Positions 16,735 through 26,136 of a stretch of DNA of 55,970 nt are shown here, piece after piece. Within the stretch, counting starts at the first letter, position 1, and each line of letters starts with the position of its first letter. This stretch comes from a bacterium (GTDB taxonomy: Bacteria; Patescibacteriota; Minisyncoccia; UBA6257; 2-01-FULL-56-20). A program made the position numbers and the translations under genes. The stretch is from NCBI GenBank assembly GCA_021777495.1, contig JAJYDL010000001.1, forward strand, positions 1-55,970. Reading direction: 5' to 3'. The notes beneath the pieces were generated by a model that saw only the letters and a program-made list of their open reading frames with translations, ran no database searches and was not told the DNA's origin.

Positions 16735-17412
16735 TTATCCGTTCGCGCGCCGCGCGAACAGCTTCGCTTCGTCCACCAATATATCCTTCTCGTCCTGGCG
16801 CACGCGGGCAAGCACTTTTCTCACGAGGGATTCCGGATCGGGATCGAACGTCACTTTGCCCATGCCGCGATGCGCGATCTTCAGGATCTTCTCGATCTCA
16901 TCGCTCTCTCCGCCGCTTCCGGTGAGCACCCCCTGGGGCTTCTGGTCCTCGAACGCGATCGTGAACTCATTCAGGGTTCCCACCCGTCCGAACACCGTGA
17001 TCACCGCATCCGAGGAACGGATAAGAAGAAGGTTCCTGCCGGAATAATCGAATCCCGTATAGATGATGAGGTCGTGATACTCGACGGGAAGGCGATAGGT
17101 CTTCACGTGCGCGATCTTCGATACCGCGGGAGAAAGGCCGATCACGATGCCGCCCGCCTCCTTTGCCCCTTTTGCGGCCCAGTACGGCACGCCGGTCGTC
17201 GCGCCCGTCACGAGCACCGCCCCCTGCTTCGCCACCTGACGCCCCACCTCCATCGCCTTTTCAATCGTTCCCGGAGGCGCATAGGTCGTATCCGCCGCGC
17301 CCGAGATGCACACCTTGAACTTGAGATGCGCCTTTCCGAGCTCCGAAAGCGGTTTCTTTTTCTTTACCGCACCCCTCCCTTCTTTTCCGCTTCCGCTTTT
17401 CGCATTTGCCAT
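16735..17412 (-). CDS. TIGR00725/LOG-like Rossmann-fold protein
   Basis: VLVTGATTGVPYWAAKGAKEAGGIVIGLSP ... GRNLLLIRSSDAVITVFGRVGTLNEF matches the LOG/SLOG-type pattern. Confidence 0.75.
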   Translation of the reverse strand: MANAKSGSGKEGRGAVKKKKPLSELGKAHLKFKVCISGAADTTYAPPGTIEKAMEVGRQVAKQGAVLVTGATTGVPYWAAKGAKEAGGIVIGLSPAVSKIAHVKTYRLPVEYHDLIIYTGFDYSGRNLLLIRSSDAVITVFGRVGTLNEFTIAFEDQKPQGVLTGSGGESDEIEKILKIAHRGMGKVTFDPDPESLVRKVLARVRQDEKDILVDEAKLFARRANG

Positions 17413-17499
17413 CGTTATAAGGGTAATTTTTTTATTTGCGCTTTTTTATGATCGGCTTCGCTATTCGTGCCGTAGTGCCATCGCCCCCTGCGGACCGGA

Positions 17500-18870
17500 T
17501 CAAAGCACCACTTCTTCCCCGGGCGCGGGCACCTCCGCGGCAACCCCGAACCGTTCGGTGATCTTCCCCGCGAGCGCCGCGGACGAGGGTCCCTCGCCCT
17601 GCACCACGAACGCCTTTTTGAGGTGCGGCATGCCGCCCACCCAGTCGAGGAGATGCGGCTGATCGGCATGGGCGGAATAACCGGGAATGTCCACCCGCTT
17701 TGCCCGCACCGGGATCGTCTCGCCGAAAATCCTCACCTCCTCCGCTCCCGCGAGAAGCTGCCGGCCCATCGATCCCTCGGCCTGATAGCCGACGAACACG
17801 ATCGTGCTGTTCGGATCCGGAAGATAGCGCATTTCGTGATGGAGGATGCGGCCGCCGTTCGACATGCCCGATCCCGCAATGATGATCTTGGGCGGTTTCA
17901 CGTCGTTTATCTCCTTCGATTGTTCGGTCGTGAGCGTGAGCCGGAGGCCCGGGAAATTGAGGATGTCGTCGCCCGTGCGGGCGATGGCCTGTTCAAGCGC
18001 GTCATTGAAATAATCCTCGTGCTTCTTGTAGACCGCCGTCAGCCTGATCGCAAGCGGGCTGTCGATGAACACGGGCACGCGGGGGATCTCGTTCGCCCGG
18101 AACATCTGGTGGAGCTGGAAGAGGAGGTCCTGCGTGCGCTCCATTGCGAACGCCGGGATCATGAGCGTACCTCCCGCGCGAACGGTCTCGATGATCGCGT
18201 TCCGGAGGAGCTCCTGCCGGCGGCCGACATCCTCATGCACCCGGTCGCCGTAGGTCGATTCCACGAGGCAATACTCCGCGTCCGGCACCGTCTCCGTCGG
18301 CCTGATGATCGGCGCGGGAGAGTTCCCGAGATCGCCCGAGAACGCGATCGTCTTCCCTTCCGCTTCGGCGCGCACATGCACGATCGCCGAACCGAGGATA
18401 TGCCCCGCATCGTAGAGCTCCACGGTGAACGCCGGCTTCTCCCCCGATCCGCCCACCGTCACCTTCTCGTGATAGCGTACTCCCTTCCACTGCCGCATCA
18501 CCTCCCCTATCTCCACGTTGTTGTAAAGCGGCGGCCGTCCCTCGCGCTTCGCCTCGTCCTTCAGGAGATGTTCCGAATCGATGAGCATGAGCTCCGCGAA
18601 ATCCTCGGTGGCCGTCGTCGCGTAGATCGGCCCCCGGTATCCCGCCTTCACAAGGGACGGCAGCCGTCCGATGTGGTCCAAATGGGAATGCGTGATGAAC
18701 ACCGCCGCGATCTCCTTCACGTCGTACGGAAACGGCTCGAAGTTCTCCCGCTCGGCATAGTGGCTTCCCTGATGGAGGCCGCAGTCGATCATTATCTTCG
18801 TACCTTCCGATTCAAGCACGTAATTCGCGCCGGTCGCCTCGCCGCAGCCTCCGTAAAAGGTGAGTTTCAT
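17500..18870 (-). CDS. MBL-fold beta-CASP family RNA-metabolising hydrolase
   Basis: HSHLDHIG, beta-CASP motifs and a C-terminal RNA-specificity domain (YSAHADQPHLL). ATG 18870 (MKLTFYGG) lies 6 nt downstream of TGgTATAAT. Confidence 0.88.
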   Translation of the reverse strand: MKLTFYGGCGEATGANYVLESEGTKIMIDCGLHQGSHYAERENFEPFPYDVKEIAAVFITHSHLDHIGRLPSLVKAGYRGPIYATTATEDFAELMLIDSEHLLKDEAKREGRPPLYNNVEIGEVMRQWKGVRYHEKVTVGGSGEKPAFTVELYDAGHILGSAIVHVRAEAEGKTIAFSGDLGNSPAPIIRPTETVPDAEYCLVESTYGDRVHEDVGRRQELLRNAIIETVRAGGTLMIPAFAMERTQDLLFQLHQMFRANEIPRVPVFIDSPLAIRLTAVYKKHEDYFNDALEQAIARTGDDILNFPGLRLTLTTEQSKEINDVKPPKIIIAGSGMSNGGRILHHEMRYLPDPNSTIVFVGYQAEGSMGRQLLAGAEEVRIFGETIPVRAKRVDIPGYSAHADQPHLLDWVGGMPHLKKAFVVQGEGPSSAALAGKITERFGVAAEVPAPGEEVVL

Positions 18871-18936
18871 ATGGAAATTATACCACGGACGGCGCATCCG
18901 CAGGGCCGGGCCGCAGGCGCATCCCTCGCGCCGCCT

Positions 18937-19461
18937 TCAGCCTCTCTTCAGGAGTTCCTCCCTCCCCATGATGCTCCCCATGTCCGTCATGCGGTCGAGG
19001 AACACCTTCCCCTCGAGATGGTCGTACTCGTGCTGGATGATGCGCGCAAGGAGGCCTTCCGCGCGAAGGACGAACTTTTTCCCATCGAGTCCCCGGGCGG
19101 ATACCGTCACCGCGTGGGCGCGGCGCACGATCCCGAAAAGCCCCGCATAGGCGACGCTCCCGCATCCCTCGTAATCCGCAACGCGCCTTTTCGACACCTT
19201 AAGGATCTTCGGATTGACGAAGACCCTTACGGGATCCGCACCGCCCCGCCGCCGCGTATCCGTCGTACGGATCTCCGTGACGAAGATCCTCGTATTGATG
19301 CCTATCTGGGGCGCCGCCATCCCCACAAGGCCGTGATGCCGCATGGAATCCACAAGATCGCGCGCGATTTTTTTCGTGGAGGCCGCCGCGACCGACGCCA
19401 CCGGTGCGGACTTCGTCCGTATCGCGGGATCGCCTATCTGCACCGCACGTTTCACCGCCAT
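18937..19461 (-). CDS. def: peptide deformylase
   Basis: Motifs GMAAPQIG, EGCGS and QHEYDHLEG. Confidence 0.93.
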   Translation of the reverse strand: MAVKRAVQIGDPAIRTKSAPVASVAAASTKKIARDLVDSMRHHGLVGMAAPQIGINTRIFVTEIRTTDTRRRGGADPVRVFVNPKILKVSKRRVADYEGCGSVAYAGLFGIVRRAHAVTVSARGLDGKKFVLRAEGLLARIIQHEYDHLEGKVFLDRMTDMGSIMGREELLKRG

Positions 19462-19476
19462 CGCTATTCGTGTTCG

Positions 19477-20778
19477 TTACCGGTCCTGCGCGGCCCGTTC
19501 CTTTATCGCCCTTTCGAACATCTCCCGTTCGCTCCACGGCACCTTGGCGCCGCCGCGGATATGGATCCACTCCTCGCTCCCCTTCCCCGTCCCGATCACC
19601 ACGTCGCCTTCGCGCGCCATCGCGAACGCGGCGCGCACCGCCTCGGTGCGGTCCATCACGCTTCGCACGCGCGCGGCCTTCCCGGGATCGGCCTCCCGTA
19701 TCCCTTTCTCGATTTCGCCGAGGATCTCCGCGGGGTCTTCATCGTACGGATCTTCGTCCGTCAGTATGATCTCGTCGCACCATCGCGCCGCGGCGGCGCC
19801 CATCGCGGGGCGCTTCCATCTATCCCTGCCGCCGCCCGCGGCACCGAGAAGCGCGATGAGGCGCGGATGCGGATGCTCGGGCGTCGGCTTCGGCTTCACG
19901 GCGCGATACGCCGCTTCGAGCGAATCGGGGGTGTGGGCGTAATCCACGACGCCGGTGTAGCCGCCCTCCCGCACGAACTCCATGCGCCCCGGCACGCCGT
20001 TGAAATTGAGGATGGCGCGCTCGATCGCGGCATCATCCACGCCGAGGCGGCGCCCGATCGCCGCCGCGACGGCGATGTGCTCCTTATTGAAATCGCTCAA
20101 CAAAAATCCGTCTGGCACCTTTCCTTCCGATGCGCGGCGCGCGGCCTCGATCTGCGGCAGGCAATCTTTTATAAATTCGTCGTCCTTCGAATACCGCGCG
20201 GGCGCGGATGCGAGCGCATCGAAAAAGAAACCGAACTCGCGGTCGTCGCGGTTCAAAAAGACCTCGCCTCCTCCATTGACGACGTACCGCAGGAAGGAAA
20301 GCTTTGCGGCGCGATAATTCTCGTACGAGCCGTGCGCTTCGATATGCTCGGGGTGGAGATTCGTGAGCACGCCCATGTCCCATTTGACGAAGCGGTGCCG
20401 ATGCGCGGCGATGCCCTGGGACGTCACCTCGATGAGCGCGTATTCGCATTTCGCGCGGACCGCATTCCTCAGGAATCGCTGGATATAGGCCCTTCCCGGC
20501 ATCGAATTCCCCGTCCGGTTCTTTTCGCTCGCCTCCGCCGTCTTCGCGCGCAGCGAGGAAAGCAGCGCGGTCCTCTTCCCTGCGGCCTCAAGGATCGCGT
20601 TGATAAGTTCGAGGGTCGTCGTCTTCCCTTTCGTGCCCGTCACGCCGATCGTGAATATCTTCCTGCTCGGATTGCGGTATGCCGCGGCGCCGGTCCACGC
20701 CCATACGAAATGGTATGCGGACACGGCCCCGGGAAGGCCGTAGAACCACTTTGCGAACCGCGATCGTTTGATGTTCAT
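19477..20778 (-). CDS. Mur ligase family protein (MurE-like)
   Basis: GVTGTKGKTTT P-loop, middle and C-terminal Mur ligase domains (GGGRDRWKRPAMG, TDEDPYDEDP, GKGSE). ATG is at 20778. Confidence 0.85.
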   Translation of the reverse strand: MNIKRSRFAKWFYGLPGAVSAYHFVWAWTGAAAYRNPSRKIFTIGVTGTKGKTTTLELINAILEAAGKRTALLSSLRAKTAEASEKNRTGNSMPGRAYIQRFLRNAVRAKCEYALIEVTSQGIAAHRHRFVKWDMGVLTNLHPEHIEAHGSYENYRAAKLSFLRYVVNGGGEVFLNRDDREFGFFFDALASAPARYSKDDEFIKDCLPQIEAARRASEGKVPDGFLLSDFNKEHIAVAAAIGRRLGVDDAAIERAILNFNGVPGRMEFVREGGYTGVVDYAHTPDSLEAAYRAVKPKPTPEHPHPRLIALLGAAGGGRDRWKRPAMGAAAARWCDEIILTDEDPYDEDPAEILGEIEKGIREADPGKAARVRSVMDRTEAVRAAFAMAREGDVVIGTGKGSEEWIHIRGGAKVPWSEREMFERAIKERAAQDR

Positions 20779-20834
20779 ACGATTAGTATTCCCGCACGCC
20801 CCGCGTTCCGGTCGGAGCAATACGCGGAAGGGCG

Positions 20835-21428
20835 TCAGCGTTTTGCATTCGATCCAAGGAGCCGGAGCGCCGCCTTCAGCCGATCTTCGGTCCCCTTCAC
20901 TTCGGCGCCCACTTTCGCGATCGCCGCGCGCGCTTCCTCGCGCCGGTATCCCAGGCTTGCAAGCGCCTCGATGAGATCCGAATCGGTCTCCATCCTCTCC
21001 ACCACCGCGCCCGAACGGACGGATTCCACCTTCGCCTTGAGCTCGAGGATCACCCTCTCGGCCGTCTTTCTCCCTATGCCTGCCGCGCGGGTAAGAAGAT
21101 CGGGGCGGTTCTCTTTGATGGCCGCCGCAAGCTCTTCAAGAGGTCCCGTGTCGAGGATCGCGAGCGCCGATTTGGGACCCACGCCCGACACGCCGATGAG
21201 CATTCCGAAAAACTCGAGCTCGTCCTGCGATGCGAAGCCGTAAAGGTCCAGCGCATCCTCCTTCACGTGGAGATGGGAAAAGAGCCTGACGGACGCCTCG
21301 ACGCCCGCCGCCGGGAGCGCCGCGCGCGTCCCTTTGCTCACATAAAGCCGCAATCCCACGCCGCCCGCTTCCACCACCACGAAATTCTCCTCCTTGAGCG
21401 CAAGCACTCCCGAAACGCTGTAGATCAT
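20835..21428 (-). CDS. ruvA: Holliday junction branch migration complex subunit RuvA
   Basis: MIYSVSGVL... LYGFASQDELEFFGMLIGVSGVGPKSALAIL... ATG 21428 lies 6 nt downstream of TATAAT. Confidence 0.9.
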   Translation of the reverse strand: MIYSVSGVLALKEENFVVVEAGGVGLRLYVSKGTRAALPAAGVEASVRLFSHLHVKEDALDLYGFASQDELEFFGMLIGVSGVGPKSALAILDTGPLEELAAAIKENRPDLLTRAAGIGRKTAERVILELKAKVESVRSGAVVERMETDSDLIEALASLGYRREEARAAIAKVGAEVKGTEDRLKAALRLLGSNAKR

Positions 21429-21467
21429 AAGGATATTATATAAGCCCCGGGGCTTCCGGTATATCCC

Positions 21468-21495
21468 TTGCAAAAATCCCCGTTTCCTCTATAAT
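21468..21495 (+). promoter_or_regulatory. rpsT promoter (leaderless-type)
   Basis: TTGCAA (21468-21473), 16 nt, TATAAT (21490-21495), then 7 nt to ATG 21503. Confidence 0.55.
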
Positions 21496-21502
21496 AGTTC
21501 CC

Positions 21503-21778
21503 ATGCCGATAACCAGTTCAGCAAAGAAGGCTCTCCGCCAGAATACCACCCGCCGGAAGCGGAATGAGGCAAGAAAGGAGACGTATAAAAAAGCGGTGAA
21601 GGAATACCGCAAGCTCATCGTGGCCAAGAAGTTCGATGATGCCGCAAAAGCGTTTCCCGCGGTCTTCAAGGCGCTCGATAAGGCGGCCAAGACCAAGGTG
21701 ATCGAGAAGAACAAGGCAAGCCGCCTCAAATCGCGCCTCGCTCAGCTCACGAGCAGGTCCACCAAAGCCTCCTCGTAG
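21503..21778 (+). CDS. rpsT: 30S ribosomal protein S20
   Basis: MPITSSAKKALRQNTTRRKRNEARKETYKKAVKEY... is a typical S20. Confidence 0.92.
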   Translation: MPITSSAKKALRQNTTRRKRNEARKETYKKAVKEYRKLIVAKKFDDAAKAFPAVFKALDKAAKTKVIEKNKASRLKSRLAQLTSRSTKASS

Positions 21779-22533
21779 TCTACCTTCCCCGATTTCACCG
21801 CCAGGTCATACTCCGCCATGTGCGGAGTTTTTTCTTGCCACTGCGCGGCAAGGATGTTGAATATCTTCGCCGGAGGATCCGCGAGGGCGAGCATCGATTC
21901 GAGCGCATAAAGGCGGTTCCTGAGATCGTAACTCTTGAGGCCGTTCATGAGCGCCCAATAATTGGGGGCGGTCTCGAGCCCCAATCCCCCGAGGTCGTCC
22001 TTCCCGATCGCGCCGCCGCGCCCGTCGGCGAGCGCCACGATCTTCTCGAGCTCCGTCACAAGGCCCCACGTATTCCCGTGAAACACATTCGCGAGAAACT
22101 GCGCCGCGGGAGGGGCGAGATCCACGCCGCGCTCCTTCGCCTCACTCTTCACGAACGCGGCCCACTCCGCCCCTTCGAGTATCCTGAACTCCTGGGCAAG
22201 CGCGGGCTTCTCGAGCAGGAACGCGAGGGCCTTCACCGGCTTTTCCCGTTCCGCAATGAGCACCGTAGCGTCCTTCGTCTCGAGGAACGGCCCGAGGAAC
22301 CTCGCGAACTGCTTCGCCTCGAGCTCGAACGCATTCGCGAGCACCGCAAGCCTCGGCGCATCGAAGAGCGACCGCGCCGCAAGGAATCGCGCCGCTTCCT
22401 CGGGCGCCGCCTTGTTTTCAAAATCAAATTCCGCGAGGCCGATATTCGATCTCTTTTTCACGAACTCATCCACGACCGCACGCCGCTTCGCGGTGCGCCG
22501 ATAGTCGTCCGGTCCGTACAGGAACACGATCAT
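21742..22533 (-). CDS. holA: DNA polymerase III subunit delta (HolA-like)
   Basis: MIVFLYGPDDYRR... has length and pattern typical of compact HolA. It overlaps rpsT convergently by 37 nt. Confidence 0.75.
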   Translation of the reverse strand: MIVFLYGPDDYRRTAKRRAVVDEFVKKRSNIGLAEFDFENKAAPEEAARFLAARSLFDAPRLAVLANAFELEAKQFARFLGPFLETKDATVLIAEREKPVKALAFLLEKPALAQEFRILEGAEWAAFVKSEAKERGVDLAPPAAQFLANVFHGNTWGLVTELEKIVALADGRGGAIGKDDLGGLGLETAPNYWALMNGLKSYDLRNRLYALESMLALADPPAKIFNILAAQWQEKTPHMAEYDLAVKSGKVDYEEALVDLLVS

Positions 22534-22551
22534 ACTGTAAGAATAGGGGGT

Positions 22552-22560
22552 TTATCCACA
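22552..22560 (+). promoter_or_regulatory. perfect DnaA-box-like 9-mer TTATCCACA
   Basis: GGGGGTTTATCCACA lies in the holA/22620 divergent intergenic region. See the paired boxes at 33.3 kb and 48.4 kb. Confidence 0.4.
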
Positions 22561-22619
22561 AAATCAAATTGCCGCTGCGGTGGCGCGGATTTATCATAAA
22601 TAGCAGAGAGGAGTCCCCC

Positions 22620-22949
22620 ATGATCCCCTATACCCCCATCCCGGAAGAGATCCGTTCGGCCACCTTGCGCGACGTGTTCGCGTTGCACAACACCGCGCTC
22701 AATATCAGGCAGCATTTCCAGTTCGATAAAAGCTTTCAGAAGGTCGGCGCATGGATCAATCTCGGCTGTCCCAGGGCAAAATGGAACGAGATGAAGAAGG
22801 ATCTCCAGCACATCGCAGGCCGCCTGCGGAGCTTCGGCAATCTTTCCGAAAAAGAACGCGCCGCCATGCAGCGGCTCTTCGAGGAATCGATCAAACCCGA
22901 GCCCGATTTCCGGCGCATCCGGATATGCTGGTCCTACGTCGACATCTAG
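22620..22949 (+). CDS. hypothetical protein
   Basis: GAGAGGAG SD precedes ATG 22620. The protein is 109 aa (MIPYTPIPEEIRSATLRDVF...) and a terminator lies downstream. Confidence 0.65.
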   Translation: MIPYTPIPEEIRSATLRDVFALHNTALNIRQHFQFDKSFQKVGAWINLGCPRAKWNEMKKDLQHIAGRLRSFGNLSEKERAAMQRLFEESIKPEPDFRRIRICWSYVDI

Positions 22950-22970
22950 TTCCGCCCGCATCAAAAAACC

Positions 22971-23004
22971 GGCGATCGCCCACCCCTGTGACGATCGCCT
23001 TTTT
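22971..23004. terminator. bidirectional intrinsic terminator
   Basis: aaaaaaccGGCGATCG-13 nt-CGATCGCCttttt lies between the convergent 22620 gene and pyrG. Confidence 0.75.
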
Positions 23005-23010
23005 CTTTCC

Positions 23011-24711
23011 CTATTTTTCCTTACGTCCGGCCTCCGCAGCGCCGATGAATTCCCGGAAGAGCGGACTTGGGCGCATAGGCCTCGATTTGAGCTCCGGGTG
23101 GAACTGCGTTCCCACGAAGAAGGGGTGTTCTTTTTTCGGAAGCTCCAGCACCTCCATCAGCCTCCGGGACGGGGACCGGCCGGAGAACACGGCGCCCGCG
23201 CGCTCGAGGCGCGCCACGAAGAGCGGATTCACCTCGAAACGATGCCTGTGGCGTTCGCTGATCTTCACCGTGCCGTAGGCCCGTTCGGCGATCGTGCCTT
23301 TTTTGAGGATCGCGGGATAGGCGCCGAGGCGCATCGTCGCGCCATATTTCTTCTCGGCCATAAGCTTCTTCTGCTCCGGCAGGATGTCGATGACGGGATG
23401 CTTCGTGCGGGGATCGATCTCCGTCGTGTTCGCATCCTTCCATCCGAGCACGTTCCGCGCGAACTCTATCGTGGCGAGCTGCATGCCGTAGCAAAGACCG
23501 AGATAGGGCATCTTCCTTTCGCGGCAATAGCGTATCGCCGCAAGCTTGCCTTCCACGCCCCGCGCGCCGAACCCCCCGGGTACGATCACGCCGTCGTACG
23601 CACCAAGCCCCTCAAGGTTCTCCGCGGCGACGGCCTCCGCCTTCGCAATGCTTTCCTTGGATGCGCCGCTCCCGATGCGCGGCTCGAAATCCTCCGAATC
23701 GATCCAGTGGATCCTCGGCTTCACCCCCCAATATGCCGCCGCATGCCGGACGGCTTCGATGACGGAAAGGTAGGAATCGGCGAGCACGAACCTGCCGCTC
23801 GAAAAATATTTCCCGACAATGCCGATGTCCACGGACCGCGTGGCGCCGTCCATGCGCTCGGTGAGCGCACGCCACTCCTTGAGGTCCCGTTTTGCGGCTT
23901 TAAGCCCCAGTTTTCCGAGAATGAGGTCGCCGAGGCGGTCCTTCTCGAAATTCAGGGGGATGTCATAGATGTCCGCCACGTCGGGCGCGGAGATGACGTC
24001 CTCCTCGCTCACGTTGCAGTTGAACGCGATCTTCTCCTTGCGCTTCGCGTCGATCGGATATTTCGCGCGCGCGAGGATGAAGTCGGGCTGAAGCCCCACC
24101 GCATTCAGCGCCCGGACCGCGTGCTGCGTCGGTTTGGTCTTCAGCTCGTTGTCGTCGTTCATGATCGGAAGATGGCTCACGAGGATCAGCACGACGTCCT
24201 TCGGCGATTTGATCTTCAGCATGCGCACGGCCTCGAGGAAAAGGATGTTCTCGTACTCTCCCGCAGTGCCTCCGATCTCCGTGATCGCGATCCGGGCCTT
24301 CGCGAGCTCCGCCGCCTTGCGGATCCGGTCGATCACCTCCATGGGGATGTACGGCACCACGCTCACCGAGCGCCCGCCGTAGCCCATGCTGCGCTCCCGC
24401 TCGATCACCGTCTTGTAGACGCTTCCCGTCGTCATATAATTCGCCCCCGAAAGATCCCTGTCGAGGAAACGTTCGTAGTTCCCCATGTCCTGGTCGCACT
24501 CCGTACCATCGTCCAAAACAAAAACCTCACCGTGTTCGGTGGGGTTCATGGTACCCGCGTCGACGTTGACGTACGGATCGATCTTGAGGGACGTGACCTC
24601 GATCCCGCGGGACTGCAGGATCTTCGCGATGGACGACGACGCCACCCCCTTGCCGACGCCCGACATCACTCCTCCCACTACGAAGATGAATTTCTGATCC
24701 GTGGAGGCCAT
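23011..24711 (-). CDS. pyrG: CTP synthase
   Basis: FIFVVGGVMSGVGKG and a GATase domain (GLCYGMQ, HRHRFEVN). ATG is at 24711. Confidence 0.95.
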   Translation of the reverse strand: MASTDQKFIFVVGGVMSGVGKGVASSSIAKILQSRGIEVTSLKIDPYVNVDAGTMNPTEHGEVFVLDDGTECDQDMGNYERFLDRDLSGANYMTTGSVYKTVIERERSMGYGGRSVSVVPYIPMEVIDRIRKAAELAKARIAITEIGGTAGEYENILFLEAVRMLKIKSPKDVVLILVSHLPIMNDDNELKTKPTQHAVRALNAVGLQPDFILARAKYPIDAKRKEKIAFNCNVSEEDVISAPDVADIYDIPLNFEKDRLGDLILGKLGLKAAKRDLKEWRALTERMDGATRSVDIGIVGKYFSSGRFVLADSYLSVIEAVRHAAAYWGVKPRIHWIDSEDFEPRIGSGASKESIAKAEAVAAENLEGLGAYDGVIVPGGFGARGVEGKLAAIRYCRERKMPYLGLCYGMQLATIEFARNVLGWKDANTTEIDPRTKHPVIDILPEQKKLMAEKKYGATMRLGAYPAILKKGTIAERAYGTVKISERHRHRFEVNPLFVARLERAGAVFSGRSPSRRLMEVLELPKKEHPFFVGTQFHPELKSRPMRPSPLFREFIGAAEAGRKEK

Positions 24712-24753
24712 AACGCCTCTCAGTATACACGAGCATTTTCCGGACGACAAATC

Positions 24754-26136
24754 CTACACGAGGTCCGCCATTCCCATCTCGTGCTTCGGCACGAGTGCGG
24801 GGTCCGTCGGAATGGCGAACGAGATCGTCGTGCCGCGGCCGAGCTCCGATTCCGCCCAGATCTGCCCGCCGTGCGCCGCAACGATGCCTTTCGCGATATA
24901 AAGTCCGAGGCCGGAACCTTCCGTTTGCGCTTTTACCGCATTTCCTGCGCGGTAGAACTTTGTGAAAAGCTTCTTCAGATCCTCCTGCGGGATACCGATG
25001 CCCGTATCCCGCACGCTGACCACGAGATACGGCTTCCCCTGGAGGCGGTCCACCTTCACCGTCACCTCGCCGTTCTCCACGTTATAGCGAATGGCGTTCT
25101 CGAGGATGTTTGTGAGCGCAAGGGAAAGCTGCTTCGGATCGATCATCACCCTGGGAAGCTCCTCGGACGGGCGGTCAAGGTAGATTTTCACCCCTGCCTT
25201 GCGGGCCGCAGGAAGGACGCCTGCCAACACCCCGTTCACGTACTGCACGAGATCCGTATTTTCGAACGCATAACCCACCTGGCCGTCCTCCATCTTTGCG
25301 ATGCCGAGAAGGTCCTCGATGCGGGTAAGGAGATTCTGGCTCGCCGCCGCCGCGGTCGCCGCGATCATTTTTTCCGTTTCGGTGAGCTCCTGCGCCCGGG
25401 AAAGCGCCTGAAGCGCCCAATTGATGTCCGTCGCCGGGCCGCGCAGCTGATGCGACGCCACGGTGATGAAATCGCTCTTCGCGCGAAGCGCGGCGATCTG
25501 CGGCGTACGATCCCTCACGATCTTCACGAACGCATGCGTACGACCCGCGGCGTCGGACACCGGCTCCGTCGATATCCGCAGTTCGAGCTCCGGATCCGCA
25601 AGCGATACGTCCGCCACCTGGGGAAGCTCGCCCTCCCCGCTCCTCGGCATCACCCTCGGCGCGAGCGAAGGGAAGACCACCTGTGCAAGCGTCTTCCATC
25701 CGCCTTCGCCCTCGGCATCGCGCGGAGAGAGCACGTGGCCCATCGCGTCGGCGGCGGTGATCCCGAAAAGTTTTTCCGCGACATGATTGAAATAGGTGAT
25801 GCGGAAATCGGTCCCGTAGATGATGAGGGCGTCCTCGATCGCCCCAAGGAGGCTCCTCAGCTCGCCGTCGCCGCTCTCTACCTCCGCAAGAGGCGTGGCG
25901 CTCCTTTCGCGCATCCGCAGCGCCGTGATCGCGATGACCGCCATCGCAATAAGACTCGCTCCCTCGGCGGCCGCAAAAGGCAACGGCATCCTCGCCGCCG
26001 CCGCCACCCCCGCACCCGCCGCCGCCGCAAGAATGATGAGCCCGGCGGGAAGGATCCCGGGCGGCAACGCCCCTCTTTTAGATGTTTGCTTTATGGTATC
26101 CAATATACTGATTATACTCCAAACGCCCCCTTTCAA
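24754..26136 (-). CDS. sensor histidine kinase (TM-PAS-HisKA-HATPase_c); no cognate regulator in window
   Basis: H-box ASHQLRGP, N-box ILENAIRYN, G-boxes DTGIGI and GSGLGL. Confidence 0.9.
   Translation of the reverse strand: MKGGVWSIISILDTIKQTSKRGALPPGILPAGLIILAAAAGAGVAAAARMPLPFAAAEGASLIAMAVIAITALRMRERSATPLAEVESGDGELRSLLGAIEDALIIYGTDFRITYFNHVAEKLFGITAADAMGHVLSPRDAEGEGGWKTLAQVVFPSLAPRVMPRSGEGELPQVADVSLADPELELRISTEPVSDAAGRTHAFVKIVRDRTPQIAALRAKSDFITVASHQLRGPATDINWALQALSRAQELTETEKMIAATAAAASQNLLTRIEDLLGIAKMEDGQVGYAFENTDLVQYVNGVLAGVLPAARKAGVKIYLDRPSEELPRVMIDPKQLSLALTNILENAIRYNVENGEVTVKVDRLQGKPYLVVSVRDTGIGIPQEDLKKLFTKFYRAGNAVKAQTEGSGLGLYIAKGIVAAHGGQIWAESELGRGTTISFAIPTDPALVPKHEMGMADLV

Noticed and set aside
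17623-21243. Very long plus-strand ORFs in the track: 17623-21243 (1206 aa), 23098-26244 (1048 aa), 6070-8184 (704 aa), 35868-37703 (611 aa), and many others of 60-470 aa.
   Set aside because: They run antisense to genes with clear homology (beta-CASP/def/Mur ligase, pyrG/HK, Clp, FN3). Their products are Arg/His/Pro-rich low-complexity translations with no motifs. This is the typical stop-codon-poor antisense frame of high-GC DNA.
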